From contig CAZYXJ010000001.1 of the NCBI GenBank assembly GCA_964651115.1, positions 106,509 to 170,508 of the forward strand: DNA of 64,000 nucleotides, written 5' to 3'. Source of the DNA: an uncultured Candidatus Saccharibacteria bacterium. Its GTDB lineage: Bacteria > Patescibacteriota > Minisyncoccia > Phycocordibacterales > JACOZG01. Positions 9,281 to 18,739 of this stretch are shown piece after piece (position 1 is the stretch's first letter; every line of letters starts with the position of its first letter). The notes below the pieces were generated by a model that did not search any database, was not told where the DNA came from, and saw only the letters and a program-made list of their open reading frames with translations. Both the position numbers and the translations under genes were made by a program.

Positions 9281-10526
9281 GACAATACGCCACTACTCGG
9301 TCAACCGGAATGATTTCTGTCTCGCTACTGCGTCGGCGTTTAGTCTCCACCCCACCACTCGCCAGACTGCGCTCGCTAACCACCAAGCGCAACGGCAAAC
9401 CCAACAAATCGCTATCGGCAAATTTTTCGCCAGCGGAAACTTCTCGGTCGTCGTAAAGTACCTCAATCCCGGCGCCCACCAGTGATTGATAAAGTTCTTC
9501 CGCCTTAGCCAGCACCGCCTCATCCTTGCCACCCAAGCCAATCAGGTGAACAGCAAAGGGCGCCACGGCGGCCGGCCAAACCAAACCTCGATCATCTGAG
9601 AGCACCTCGGCAATCGTCCCCAGAATCCGAGTCGGGCCCAGACCGTAGCTGGCCATCAACACCGGCTGGCGCTCGCCGGCCTCGTCCACAAAAGACAGTC
9701 CGAGGGCCTCCGAAAAGCGCGAACCTAATTTAAAAATATTTCCCACCTCAATCGCTTTGTGTGGCACCAAATCATCTTTAATCAAACGCAATTCGGCCAA
9801 AACTTCATCAGTGCAAACTTCCGTATTAACTGCCACTCCCCGCTCGCTGGAAAGATAAATGGTATCTTCGCCCGCCTCACAAATCGTCTGGAACTCATGG
9901 CTAAATTTGCTAAACATGCCACCAGAAGCAAAGGTGCGGTAAGTTAGATCGCCAAGACCGACCGCCTTAAAAATCCGTTCGTAACTAGTGGCCACCCGTT
10001 CGTAAAACTCATCGAGGTCCGCCATCGTCGCGTGGAACGAATAGAGATCCTTCATTAAAAATTCGCGGCCGCGCAACAGTCCGCTCTTAGCCCGCGTCTC
10101 GTTGCGGAACTTAGTTTGGATCTGATAAACAGCGCGCGGGAGATCGCGATAGGATTGAATAAAATCTTTCATAATCATCGTGAACGCCTCCTCGTGCGTT
10201 AGACCCAGACCCACCACTGACTCATTTTTTAAAGTCGTTTTAAACCAAACATCAACCACCTCATCGCTCCACCGACCCGTGGTCTGCCAACTGGTAGGAT
10301 CTTGAAGGGCTGACAATTCTGCCTCGCTCGCACCCAAGCCAGCCATCTCGCGACGGATAATGGAATTAATTTTTTCCAGCACGCGCAAACCCAGCGGCAG
10401 AAGAGAATAGACGCCGGCTAACTCTTTGTGCACATAACCGGCCCGGATCAAAAGTTCGGCGTTACGAGAGACCTCATCCTTAGGAGCTTCGCGGCGAGTT
10501 TTAGTAAAAAGTTGAGATTGGCGCAT
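9273..10526 (-). CDS. proS: Proline--tRNA ligase (short form without INS editing domain)
   Basis: MRQSQLF start, QIQTKFRNE.R...GLLRGREF.MKDLYSF, IEVGNIFKLG, anticodon-binding domain. Confidence 0.96.
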   Translation of the reverse strand: MRQSQLFTKTRREAPKDEVSRNAELLIRAGYVHKELAGVYSLLPLGLRVLEKINSIIRREMAGLGASEAELSALQDPTSWQTTGRWSDEVVDVWFKTTLKNESVVGLGLTHEEAFTMIMKDFIQSYRDLPRAVYQIQTKFRNETRAKSGLLRGREFLMKDLYSFHATMADLDEFYERVATSYERIFKAVGLGDLTYRTFASGGMFSKFSHEFQTICEAGEDTIYLSSERGVAVNTEVCTDEVLAELRLIKDDLVPHKAIEVGNIFKLGSRFSEALGLSFVDEAGERQPVLMASYGLGPTRILGTIAEVLSDDRGLVWPAAVAPFAVHLIGLGGKDEAVLAKAEELYQSLVGAGIEVLYDDREVSAGEKFADSDLLGLPLRLVVSERSLASGGVETKRRRSSETEIIPVDRVVAYCHG

Positions 10527-10560
10527 CGCCCTTAGCTTACTAGAAACCGCCCCCAGGGTC

Positions 10561-10597
10561 AAAAAACGAAAAAGGCGCCCGGATTTCTCCAGGCGCC
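10561..10597 (-). terminator. Intrinsic terminator of ORFan 10617-11024
   Basis: GGCGCCTGGA-GAAA-TCCGGGCGCC followed by TTTTTCGTTTTTT. Confidence 0.8.
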
Positions 10598-10616
10598 CGA
10601 CCCCCCCCTAGCATCT

Positions 10617-11024
10617 TCAGCTCGATGGCTGAGATTGGTTATTGTACGTGAGACCAACCCGACCAACCCAGAGAACGTCCGTGAACATCCCGGGCTCATT
10701 CCAAATAAACGAAACCTGTCGGACGACCACCTCATCGCCCACCTCCAACTTAAGGGAGGGGTCGATCAGGGCCGCGTAAATGCGGTTGGAGCTTTCTTTC
10801 CTCACCACCGCCCGACCGAAGGGAAAATCCGGGGTGGACGCAAGGAGGCGAACGACCGTCACCTTGCCGGGGAAATCCTTAACGCTAATCGGCCGGCCGA
10901 CGGACAAGTTAATCCGCTCAATCTCCCTCTGAACAGGATCGGTGGGCTTGCTACGCAACATCAGGTAGAGACAAACACCAAACAACCCCAAGGCCACCAC
11001 CTTACCAACACGATCCATAGTCAT
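10617..11024 (-). CDS. Hypothetical membrane-anchored protein (ORFan cassette)
   Basis: N-terminal TM; SD-like AAAGGGG; TTGACA-N16-TATTGT promoter at 11105-11132; own terminator. Confidence 0.65.
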   Translation of the reverse strand: MTMDRVGKVVALGLFGVCLYLMLRSKPTDPVQREIERINLSVGRPISVKDFPGKVTVVRLLASTPDFPFGRAVVRKESSNRIYAALIDPSLKLEVGDEVVVRQVSFIWNEPGMFTDVLWVGRVGLTYNNQSQPSS

Positions 11025-11052
11025 GGCAGAACCCCTTTCTTTAATTAGATAA

Positions 11053-11075
11053 TGATCAACACCGAGTGTTGATCA
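11053..11075. repeat. REP-like palindrome TGATCAACAC-CGA-GTGTTGATCA (distal copy)
   Basis: Identical to the copy inside the RAYT gene at 28586-28608. Confidence 0.85.
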
Positions 11076-11146
11076 GGAAAAGAAATCCAACGACATCCAA
11101 CACCACAATACATCAATATAAAATTTTGTCAATAGAGACAGTGGCC

Positions 11147-12253
11147 CTAAAAAAGATTGGCGATATCGTGGAAGGTAATCACCGCCATCAGCACCAATAG
11201 CAAGACAAAACCAAGGCCATTGGCCCAATTAGCAATAGCCGGACGAATGGCTGAACCTTTAATTTTTTCGATCAATAAAAACAATAGGCGTCCCCCATCA
11301 AGCGCCGGAAAGGGTACCAAGTTAATCACCGCCAAATTAATCGAGATCAGGGCCGTAAAGCTAAGCAGGTAAACCAAGCCCATCACTCGGGCATTCCCCA
11401 CTAGACCAACCAGGCCCACTGGCCCCGTGACGCTAGCGATAATTGATTCGCCCCGCCAAGCTTGCGCGACGAACGAAGCGAGCGCCGCGGCCGTGGCCTT
11501 AGTGAGCGAGACGGTCAAGTTAAAACCCTCCGCGATCGCGCGATGAGGCAGGACCTGACGCAGAGCAATCTCCTCCATCGCGATACCCAAAACTGGCGCC
11601 GAACCAGCTTGGAGCGATCGAGGCATTAGTTCGACCCGAGCCACAGGTAAATCCTTGCCGGTCAATACCCGTCCTCGACGATACTCCAAAATAATTTCCT
11701 CAGCGGGATGATCGGCGACAAAATCTTGCACCAGTTCTGGCGTTAATTGACCGGTGGTTCGGACCGCCGCGGCCCCTAAAGCGACGAGCTCGTCGCCGGG
11801 CCGGAGGCCCGCGGCCGCGGCGGGCGAATCGGGCATGACGTTAGTAACCAATAGTCGAGATGGCACACCGGGCATCTCGGCGGCCGGCGAAGGTAATCCA
11901 ACCATCAAGCCAACCGAAATTAATCCCCAAGCTAAAATTAAATTAAAAAAGACACCCGCGGCCAAGACCACGGCCTGTTGCCAGCGTGGCTTGTTAACCA
12001 AACTTCGACCCGAATCTACTCCCGTTAACGAATCGGCGTCTGGCGTCTCGCCAAAAATTTTGACAAACCCACCAAACGGAATAAGGTTGATCGAATATTC
12101 GGTTTCGCCCCGACGCCAGCCAACTAATTTGGGTGGAAAGCCCAAACCAAACTCGTCCACCCGAACACCAAAATATTTAGCCGCCAAAAAGTGCCCCAAC
12201 TCATGAGACAAAATCAGCACGGCTAAAATGATAAAAAATAAAACTAAGGTCAT
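11147..12253 (-). CDS. rseP: RIP metalloprotease RseP (M50) with PDZ domain
   Basis: HELGH, NLIPFGGFV, PDZ (SPAAAAGLRPGD), NLVPFPALDGG. Confidence 0.95.
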   Translation of the reverse strand: MTLVLFFIILAVLILSHELGHFLAAKYFGVRVDEFGLGFPPKLVGWRRGETEYSINLIPFGGFVKIFGETPDADSLTGVDSGRSLVNKPRWQQAVVLAAGVFFNLILAWGLISVGLMVGLPSPAAEMPGVPSRLLVTNVMPDSPAAAAGLRPGDELVALGAAAVRTTGQLTPELVQDFVADHPAEEIILEYRRGRVLTGKDLPVARVELMPRSLQAGSAPVLGIAMEEIALRQVLPHRAIAEGFNLTVSLTKATAAALASFVAQAWRGESIIASVTGPVGLVGLVGNARVMGLVYLLSFTALISINLAVINLVPFPALDGGRLLFLLIEKIKGSAIRPAIANWANGLGFVLLLVLMAVITFHDIANLF

Positions 12254-12801
12254 CCGGCAATTTCGGCTTCTTTACGTTCTAGCGCCGACTTTATTTTCTG
12301 ATTAACCTCATCTACTTGAGCTTGCAGATCTTCCTTCAAACGAAATTTTTCGTCTTCCGAAATGGTGCCATCCTGCTCGCCAGCCTGAATTTCGTTCCAA
12401 GTTTTTTCTCGCTCTTGCCGCAAAGCAATCCGCGCGGCTTCGGCCTTCTCACCCGCCACCTTAGACAACAATTTTCTTTTTTCCGCAGTCAGATCGGGGA
12501 AAATCACTCGAATGGCTGGACCATCCACGGTTACCGAAACGCCCAAATTAGCCACGCTAATGGCCTGCTCAACCGCCTTAACTTGAGATTTATCCCACAA
12601 AGTAATCCGCAAACTTCGCACGTCATCAACACCCACCGAGCCAAGCTGTTTAAGGGGCACACGCGAACCATAAGATTCGACGTTAATGCTATCGAGCAAG
12701 GCCGGAGTAGCGCGACCGGTTCGGATCGCGGCAAACTCCTTGGCCAAGTGATCAAGCACACCGTCTACGCCCGATTTAAATTTTGCAAATGAATAAGCCA
12801 T
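12250..12801 (-). CDS. frr: Ribosome recycling factor
   Basis: IRTGRATPALLD...YG..VPLKQL; ISEDE motif. Confidence 0.96.
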   Translation of the reverse strand: MAYSFAKFKSGVDGVLDHLAKEFAAIRTGRATPALLDSINVESYGSRVPLKQLGSVGVDDVRSLRITLWDKSQVKAVEQAISVANLGVSVTVDGPAIRVIFPDLTAEKRKLLSKVAGEKAEAARIALRQEREKTWNEIQAGEQDGTISEDEKFRLKEDLQAQVDEVNQKIKSALERKEAEIAG

Positions 12802-12834
12802 AGCCGTATCGTACCACAGGTGAAAAGCTCTCGC

Positions 12835-13440
12835 CTAGACGCGGGGCAAAACCAGCGCCAAGTGCTCCAAAACTAGTTTAGGCAAGCCCGCTCGCGCGGC
12901 CAAAAAACGTCCAGCTTGCACCAGTTCGGCCAGGCCCCGGCGATAGCCGCCATGGTGGCGCGCCTTAGCGCGCCACGCCTCACCCAGCGCCTGGAGACCG
13001 GCCAAGGCTGCCACTCGCCCCTCTCCAGCGCTGGCTTCGGCGGCCAATAATTCCTCGACTAAGTCCAAACGGATCTCCGGTTTGGCCGACAAAAATTTCT
13101 GGGCCCAAACATTCTCCGGCGCCGCGCCCCAAATAATCTCCACCCGCGAGAGCAGAGTCGGCAACAAGCTTGTGCCCCGCGGCACCACCAAAATAAAATA
13201 ATGTCCTGGTGTCGGCTCCTCAAAAGTTTTCAGGAGGGCCTGTTGAGCTTCCAGGGTCACGCTCCCCGCCTCAATTAACCAAAATCGACTTTCTTCTCCC
13301 AGGGTCCGGCTTTGAGATTCTTTGAGAGTCCGACTGTCATCAATCGTTAAAACCGCAAACTGTTGACGAATCAAACCCGGACCAAGATCAATCAAAATTT
13401 CTGGAGGCAAATTTCCAAAACAAACTCGCGCATGATGCAT
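12835..13440 (-). CDS. holB: DNA polymerase III delta' subunit-like protein (truncated)
   Basis: EAQQALLKTFEEP and LLPTLLSR clamp-loader motifs. Confidence 0.7.
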   Translation of the reverse strand: MHHARVCFGNLPPEILIDLGPGLIRQQFAVLTIDDSRTLKESQSRTLGEESRFWLIEAGSVTLEAQQALLKTFEEPTPGHYFILVVPRGTSLLPTLLSRVEIIWGAAPENVWAQKFLSAKPEIRLDLVEELLAAEASAGEGRVAALAGLQALGEAWRAKARHHGGYRRGLAELVQAGRFLAARAGLPKLVLEHLALVLPRV

Positions 13441-13442
13441 GC

Positions 13443-14456
13443 CTAATTTTTGCTCATGACGCTTTTTTTGTAAACGTCGAGATGCTCAAGCGCGATACCC
13501 GTGCCTTTGGCCACGCAATAGAGAGCTTCTTCCGCCAAATGAGCCCGCACTCCCGTCCGCCGGAAAACTAATTCCGGCAGATTAGCCAACAAGGACGAAC
13601 CGCCAGTCATAATAATCCCATGATCAATAATGTCGGCCGCTAGCTCGGGAGGCGTATCTTGGAAAACAGTTTTAATCGCCCGAACAATTTCGCGCAACTC
13701 ACTATCGATGGCCCGCACAATCTCATTAGTCTTAATCTCCGCCGACCGAGGCAACCCCGTCAAAAAGTCCCGACCGCGAATGTCGTAAGCCAACTCCTCC
13801 TCCAGCGGCACCGCGGAGCCAATCTTCATTTTAACTTCTTCCGCCGTCTTATCACCGATAGCCAAATTGAAAGTTTTCTTGATGTAATCAGCGATGGCTT
13901 GATCAATTTTATTACCAGCACACTTAACTGACGTGGCCGCCACGATACCACCGAGCGAGATTACCGCCACGTCCGTCGTCCCGCCGCCGATATCACAAAT
14001 CATATAGCCCCGCGGTTCATAGATCGGGATGCCGGCACCAATCGCCGCCAAAATCGGTTCCTTAACCACGTACGCGTTTTTCGCGCCCGCGCGGATCGCG
14101 GCCTCAATCACCGCGCGCCGCTCCGTCGAGGTAATGCCCGCCGGGACCGAAATCAAAACATCGGGTTTGAGAAAATTATAACGCCCCAAAGCCTTGCCGA
14201 TATAATAGCGCAACATAATCTCCGTCACGCGATAATCAGCAATCACGCCATCTTTAAGGGGTCGATAAGCCGTGATCCCGTCGGGCGTCCGACCAATCAT
14301 CTCTTTGGCTTCCAAACCCACGGCTAAAACTTTTTTATCTAATTCCGAAACCGCCACCACTGATGGCTCATTAAGAACAATCCCTCGGCCCGGAACAAAA
14401 ACCAAGGTATTGGCCGTGCCCAAATCAATTCCCAACCGTCGGACGAAAAAAGCCAT
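13443..14456 (-). CDS. mreB: Second MreB/Mbl paralog
   Basis: LGIDLGTANT, RPLKDGVIAD, DIGGGTTD, MTGGSSLL. Confidence 0.95.
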   Translation of the reverse strand: MAFFVRRLGIDLGTANTLVFVPGRGIVLNEPSVVAVSELDKKVLAVGLEAKEMIGRTPDGITAYRPLKDGVIADYRVTEIMLRYYIGKALGRYNFLKPDVLISVPAGITSTERRAVIEAAIRAGAKNAYVVKEPILAAIGAGIPIYEPRGYMICDIGGGTTDVAVISLGGIVAATSVKCAGNKIDQAIADYIKKTFNLAIGDKTAEEVKMKIGSAVPLEEELAYDIRGRDFLTGLPRSAEIKTNEIVRAIDSELREIVRAIKTVFQDTPPELAADIIDHGIIMTGGSSLLANLPELVFRRTGVRAHLAEEALYCVAKGTGIALEHLDVYKKSVMSKN

Positions 14457-14498
14457 GGCGCCATTCTATGCTCTTTTCCAGTATTTGCCAAACCGACC

Positions 14499-16133
14499 TT
14501 ATTCCGTGAACTTGAAACGAGGGATCTCAATATCCTTAGTCAAAACGCCGCGTTTGAGGTCAAGGGGTTCCGTTTTGTAAAAAGTGTAATAGGTGCCGTC
14601 GGGATTCTTTTTTTCGAGCGTCAGATAATAGGTGCCCGGTCGAACTAAAAAGTAAATCCGGCCCAATTGATCGGCCACCAACTTTTTAACCTCTTGATTA
14701 ATGCCCGCCAGGTGGACCTTAACAATCACGTAAGGCAGGGGCTCATTGGTAATCTGCTGTTTAATCGTCACCAAACGGCGGGTGTTGGAATGCAGAGAAC
14801 GAAAAACGTAAAGCAAAACGTAAAGCAAAAAGACGCCACTATTTAACACGCTCGGCGCCATAATCAACGAACCCAAAGCCAAAACAAAACCGAAGACGTA
14901 AGTAAGCTTAAGCGCCCGCACCGTGATCAACTCTTTCTCAAAGCGGAATTGATTAAAGTCACCTTCGCGTTTCGCAAATTCGTTCCAGTCAAAACCCAAA
15001 GGATCCATCGGAATGTTAACGGCAATTGCCTCCTCACCCGTTGTTGTTACTGGACCGCCAAAATAGAGATTGGGGTAAAGCTCATCTTCTTTCTTGGCGC
15101 GCAAAAATTGCGACGGAAAGCGGTAATGGGACTTACTGACCTTAAGCTCATAAGTACCCGGCGGCACCAAAAAACCGTAACGACCCTCGATATCGGTAAT
15201 CGCGCTAGCGATTTCTACTCCATCTTTACTAACCGTCACATAAGCCGGATCAAGAGGGCGCTTAGTCACCGAGTCATAAACCGTCCCCCACGGCTTGCGC
15301 TTGCGCCGAAAGCCCAAGGCTCCAAAAAGCGCCCCCAAACCACGGGCCAGCAACAGATAGATATCATAAAAAGAGCCAATCGAACCCAAGGCGATAAATG
15401 GAGAGGCACCAGCCAGCACACCAGAAGCAATCGTCAGCGGTCGAACTACGGAATTAAAGGCGTCCGCGGCGCTGTCGCCCAGCGCGCCAATACCCGCCAC
15501 CTGCAAGGTACCCGACAACTTCTTCACTCGCTGATTACGAAAATCCAAAATGTGGATGTTAAACGGATACAAACCCGCGTGCGTCAGAGGCGCGATCGTT
15601 GCCGAGTAAACCTTACGCTCGTCATCGGCTCGTAAAACGAAAGAAGCGATCGCGCCGGGATTAGACGCGTCAAAAATCGTCATACCAATCGTCTTTAAAA
15701 CTTCCGGCACTTGCTCGTAATCCAAAGCGACCGTCAAATGCTTCCGCCCATTGATCCTGACATTACCGTTGTCGGTAAAGTTTTTTACTCCCTCGCCAAT
15801 TTGGATAAACGAAAAACTCTCCAGCGACAAGCGGGCCAGTTTTTCTTCGTCAGACAAACGAGTAGGTAGCAAATCGAACGGATCACCCGCGCCCGAACCA
15901 GACACCGGCGTTACCACTGGCGGCTCCGGCGGCAAGGACGGGGGTTCGGAGATATCTCCACCCTCGGAGCCGCCAGCATTACCCACCGAACCACTCGTTT
16001 GCGCGCAATCAAAGTTAGGGCAGATAATCGGTAGCGAGACGATAATGGTCGACTCCGAACCCTCCAGCGGCCGACCCAAGCCCAGCACCAAAACACCCAA
16101 GATCAAACCTAATTTTAAAAATGGAAGCTTCAT
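14499..16133 (-). CDS. Secreted/membrane protein with carboxypeptidase-regulatory-like domains
   Basis: Signal peptide, Pro/Gly linker, TMs, 'WGTVYDSVTKRPLDPAYV...TDIEGRYGFLVPPGTY' repeat. Confidence 0.7.
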   Translation of the reverse strand: MKLPFLKLGLILGVLVLGLGRPLEGSESTIIVSLPIICPNFDCAQTSGSVGNAGGSEGGDISEPPSLPPEPPVVTPVSGSGAGDPFDLLPTRLSDEEKLARLSLESFSFIQIGEGVKNFTDNGNVRINGRKHLTVALDYEQVPEVLKTIGMTIFDASNPGAIASFVLRADDERKVYSATIAPLTHAGLYPFNIHILDFRNQRVKKLSGTLQVAGIGALGDSAADAFNSVVRPLTIASGVLAGASPFIALGSIGSFYDIYLLLARGLGALFGALGFRRKRKPWGTVYDSVTKRPLDPAYVTVSKDGVEIASAITDIEGRYGFLVPPGTYELKVSKSHYRFPSQFLRAKKEDELYPNLYFGGPVTTTGEEAIAVNIPMDPLGFDWNEFAKREGDFNQFRFEKELITVRALKLTYVFGFVLALGSLIMAPSVLNSGVFLLYVLLYVFRSLHSNTRRLVTIKQQITNEPLPYVIVKVHLAGINQEVKKLVADQLGRIYFLVRPGTYYLTLEKKNPDGTYYTFYKTEPLDLKRGVLTKDIEIPRFKFTE

Positions 16134-16136
16134 AAA

Positions 16137-16907
16137 TTAAGACGCGCTAATCGAAACAATTAAAGTCGCCGAGGTGTTAATCGTCAGCGGAACCGTCGTC
16201 GGCGCATCATTCAAACTAGATCCTAGTTCGGCTCGTAATTTTAAATCCAAAACTCGATTAGTCACCGCTCCGATCGACTGAGCAACGGTCGTAGCGGTAG
16301 TGGCAAAACCGTCCCAACAGTGGCCAGTCGTCGCCGTGCCCGCGCCGCAAACTAAGCCATTGTTTTTAAAAGTCGCTACCAAATCTACGCCTTCGGGACT
16401 AAAACCAAACCCCGACTCCCCGGCGCCCACCAACCAATCAAAATCCGGAGCGCCCGCGTAATCATTAATACTAATGGAGGTGCCGCGGGCGCCTGAACCC
16501 TTAAGGGCTGGATCAGTCGTGGCTCGGACGGAAAATTGATATCCGCCTCCTTCGCTAGTAATCACCCACGACGAAGTCGCATTGACTTGGCCGCCTTCAT
16601 TAATCGCCAGTGACGACGCCAGAGAGACATCCCCCGGCGAAGTCACCACAATCTCGCCGCCCAATAGCGCCTGATAACCAGCGTTAACCACGTAAGATCC
16701 GCTGCTACTCAACCCCGTCGCTACCTCACCCACCGTCTGATCGACACTATAAGATGTACCCGCCGACGAGCCGCCACCAATCGAGATACTGTCAGCGGCA
16801 ATCTGATAGTTAGAGCTCGAGCTGACGGCCGCCACGGCCAATCCCGGCACACTCAAAACTAACAGCAAAAATTTTATTAAACTCAAATTAGATTGCCGCC
16901 AAATCAT
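16137..16907 (-). CDS. Secreted Ser/Thr/Gly-rich surface protein (WxL-like position)
   Basis: Signal peptide, 'SSSNYQI..DSISIGG'; ATG 16907 overlaps the upstream TGA (ATGA). Confidence 0.6.
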   Translation of the reverse strand: MIWRQSNLSLIKFLLLVLSVPGLAVAAVSSSSNYQIAADSISIGGGSSAGTSYSVDQTVGEVATGLSSSGSYVVNAGYQALLGGEIVVTSPGDVSLASSLAINEGGQVNATSSWVITSEGGGYQFSVRATTDPALKGSGARGTSISINDYAGAPDFDWLVGAGESGFGFSPEGVDLVATFKNNGLVCGAGTATTGHCWDGFATTATTVAQSIGAVTNRVLDLKLRAELGSSLNDAPTTVPLTINTSATLIVSISAS

Positions 16908-17749
16908 TTTCGTCGCCACTGCCAAATTAGACCAATAATTATTCCCAGGGCTCCGACAAACCACCAAATCGACGGGCGACGGTGAGACCAAAAAATCGTC
17001 CGCCGATCCACTTCATTATTATACCCCCGATTAAGTTCGAGCGTGACCCAATAATAACCGGCTGGCCAATCGTCGACGGCAACGTCAAGCCAACGCTCGG
17101 ATTGAGGCAAAACAAACCATGGCTCAATAGCCCGGCTGGCAAATTTTTCGCCCCACCAATGACGCAAGGTTAACCCGCCGTAAGGATTAAGCTTGAGACT
17201 GCCACGATTAGCATAAATAAGTCGGAGGTGATCATCACCCACTGGTCCGAAATCGAGCAACTCTCCCCGCTCTTCGCCTCGACCGCTAATCCGCGCAAAA
17301 ACCAACGCTCCAATCTCGGTGGTTAACTTAACCGTAGAAGACGCGCCACTACCAAGACTAAACAAAATTGTCCCATAAGCTTCGGCCACTGGCGAAGAGG
17401 AAGCTAGGGAAAAATAAATCGGGACGGACTGCGACTGACCGGGCGCCATCCGATAACTGGCCGCCAGCGAAGACTCCTCCACGATCGACGATAACGCGTA
17501 AGAACTTGTTGAGGTCTCAGACAGTAGCTGGTAAGCCAGCGCTGGGGAATCGGCGGGAGCCACATCCACCACTCGCGGACTAACCGTAATCGTCTGATCA
17601 GAATAATTTTTGAGAGTAAAAATCTGCAGCACCGGCTGGCCGGTCATCAAATCCAACTCCACTCGCGCCGGCGACAAACCCACCTTCGTCTCGGCAAACG
17701 AAGTCAAAGGCCAAACCGCTAAACTGATTAAAAATAGCCACCACTTCAT
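16904..17749 (-). CDS. DUF916-like secreted protein with C-terminal TM anchor
   Basis: Signal peptide, 'GLSPARVEL', 'N.G...L.PYG', 'VLPQSER', C-terminal TM. Confidence 0.6.
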   Translation of the reverse strand: MKWWLFLISLAVWPLTSFAETKVGLSPARVELDLMTGQPVLQIFTLKNYSDQTITVSPRVVDVAPADSPALAYQLLSETSTSSYALSSIVEESSLAASYRMAPGQSQSVPIYFSLASSSPVAEAYGTILFSLGSGASSTVKLTTEIGALVFARISGRGEERGELLDFGPVGDDHLRLIYANRGSLKLNPYGGLTLRHWWGEKFASRAIEPWFVLPQSERWLDVAVDDWPAGYYWVTLELNRGYNNEVDRRTIFWSHRRPSIWWFVGALGIIIGLIWQWRRK

Positions 17750-18696
17750 TAACGTCGAACGGGGGTAATAAGAAATAAATAACGATCAGCCGTTGGCCGG
17801 CTAAAAATTGGGGTAATCACTCCGCTCGTTCCCGTTTGATCAACCTCCAGGCGGATTTGATCAGAGAAGGTGCTCTGAATACGGGCCAAAATAGCCGCAT
17901 CCGTTTCTAAACTGCCAGACGAAGGCGCCAAAACCACACCCGTGGACGGCGAACGTCCAGCTGACGAACCGCCGCTAGCTTGTTTGGCCAAAACTTGCAA
18001 TTGGGCCGAAATCTGATCGGTAATATAGCGTTCGATCTCGGCCGTCGTCGTAGCGGCAAAAACTCCGCCACCCGCCAAATGATAACTACTTGGGCTGGCC
18101 ACCCCCTCCACGCCCAAAAATTTTCGCCAATTAGCGGCCACTCGCAGACGAATCAAGCGCCAACGCTCAGGCAAAGTCGACCAAAACGACTGAGCTTGAT
18201 CCAACTCCTCGACCGCACCGCTCACCACCGTTTCAGTCGCCGTCGCCGCCACCGATCCCACCGCTCCCGCGGCCGCCACCATCCCGGAAGAAAGTGGCAC
18301 CTCCGGCCAATCAATCGACCAAGCCGTCAGAATGGCCAAGCGCTGTTCGATCTTCGGCCACCAAGCGTAAGTCAGCGGCCAAGCCAAAGAGGTGCCGGAA
18401 CCAACCAGCATCAACAGAGCCACGGCCACTAAGGCTCGATACATTTTTAAATTATTATTTCTTTCTCGAGATTGTTGGCGCGCGCGAGAAATTTCGTCCT
18501 TAACCTCACCCACTCGCGCGCGCAATAATTGGCGACTAGCCGGATCAGCCAGTCGAGCGAGCGCGCCTTCGGCAATAAACCAGTCACGGCCGACGCGGCG
18601 ACACTCCAGTTGGCCTCGTTCACACATAAAAATTAGATCGTCAGCACTCCAAGACGAACGAGACTGCGCTTCTTCCAAAGAAACGTACGTAATCAC
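17749..18696 (-). CDS. Excisionase-like HTH (HTH_17-like) plus TM protein
   Basis: 'CERGQLECRRVGRDWFI' HTH motif then TM; likely GTG start at 18696, 7 nt below TATACT. Confidence 0.6.
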   Translation of the reverse strand: MITYVSLEEAQSRSSWSADDLIFMCERGQLECRRVGRDWFIAEGALARLADPASRQLLRARVGEVKDEISRARQQSRERNNNLKMYRALVAVALLMLVGSGTSLAWPLTYAWWPKIEQRLAILTAWSIDWPEVPLSSGMVAAAGAVGSVAATATETVVSGAVEELDQAQSFWSTLPERWRLIRLRVAANWRKFLGVEGVASPSSYHLAGGGVFAATTTAEIERYITDQISAQLQVLAKQASGGSSAGRSPSTGVVLAPSSGSLETDAAILARIQSTFSDQIRLEVDQTGTSGVITPIFSRPTADRYLFLITPVRR

Positions 18697-18739
18697 GCTC
18701 TCTAGTATACCATAATCAAAAATGCTAAGGTTTAATCCT

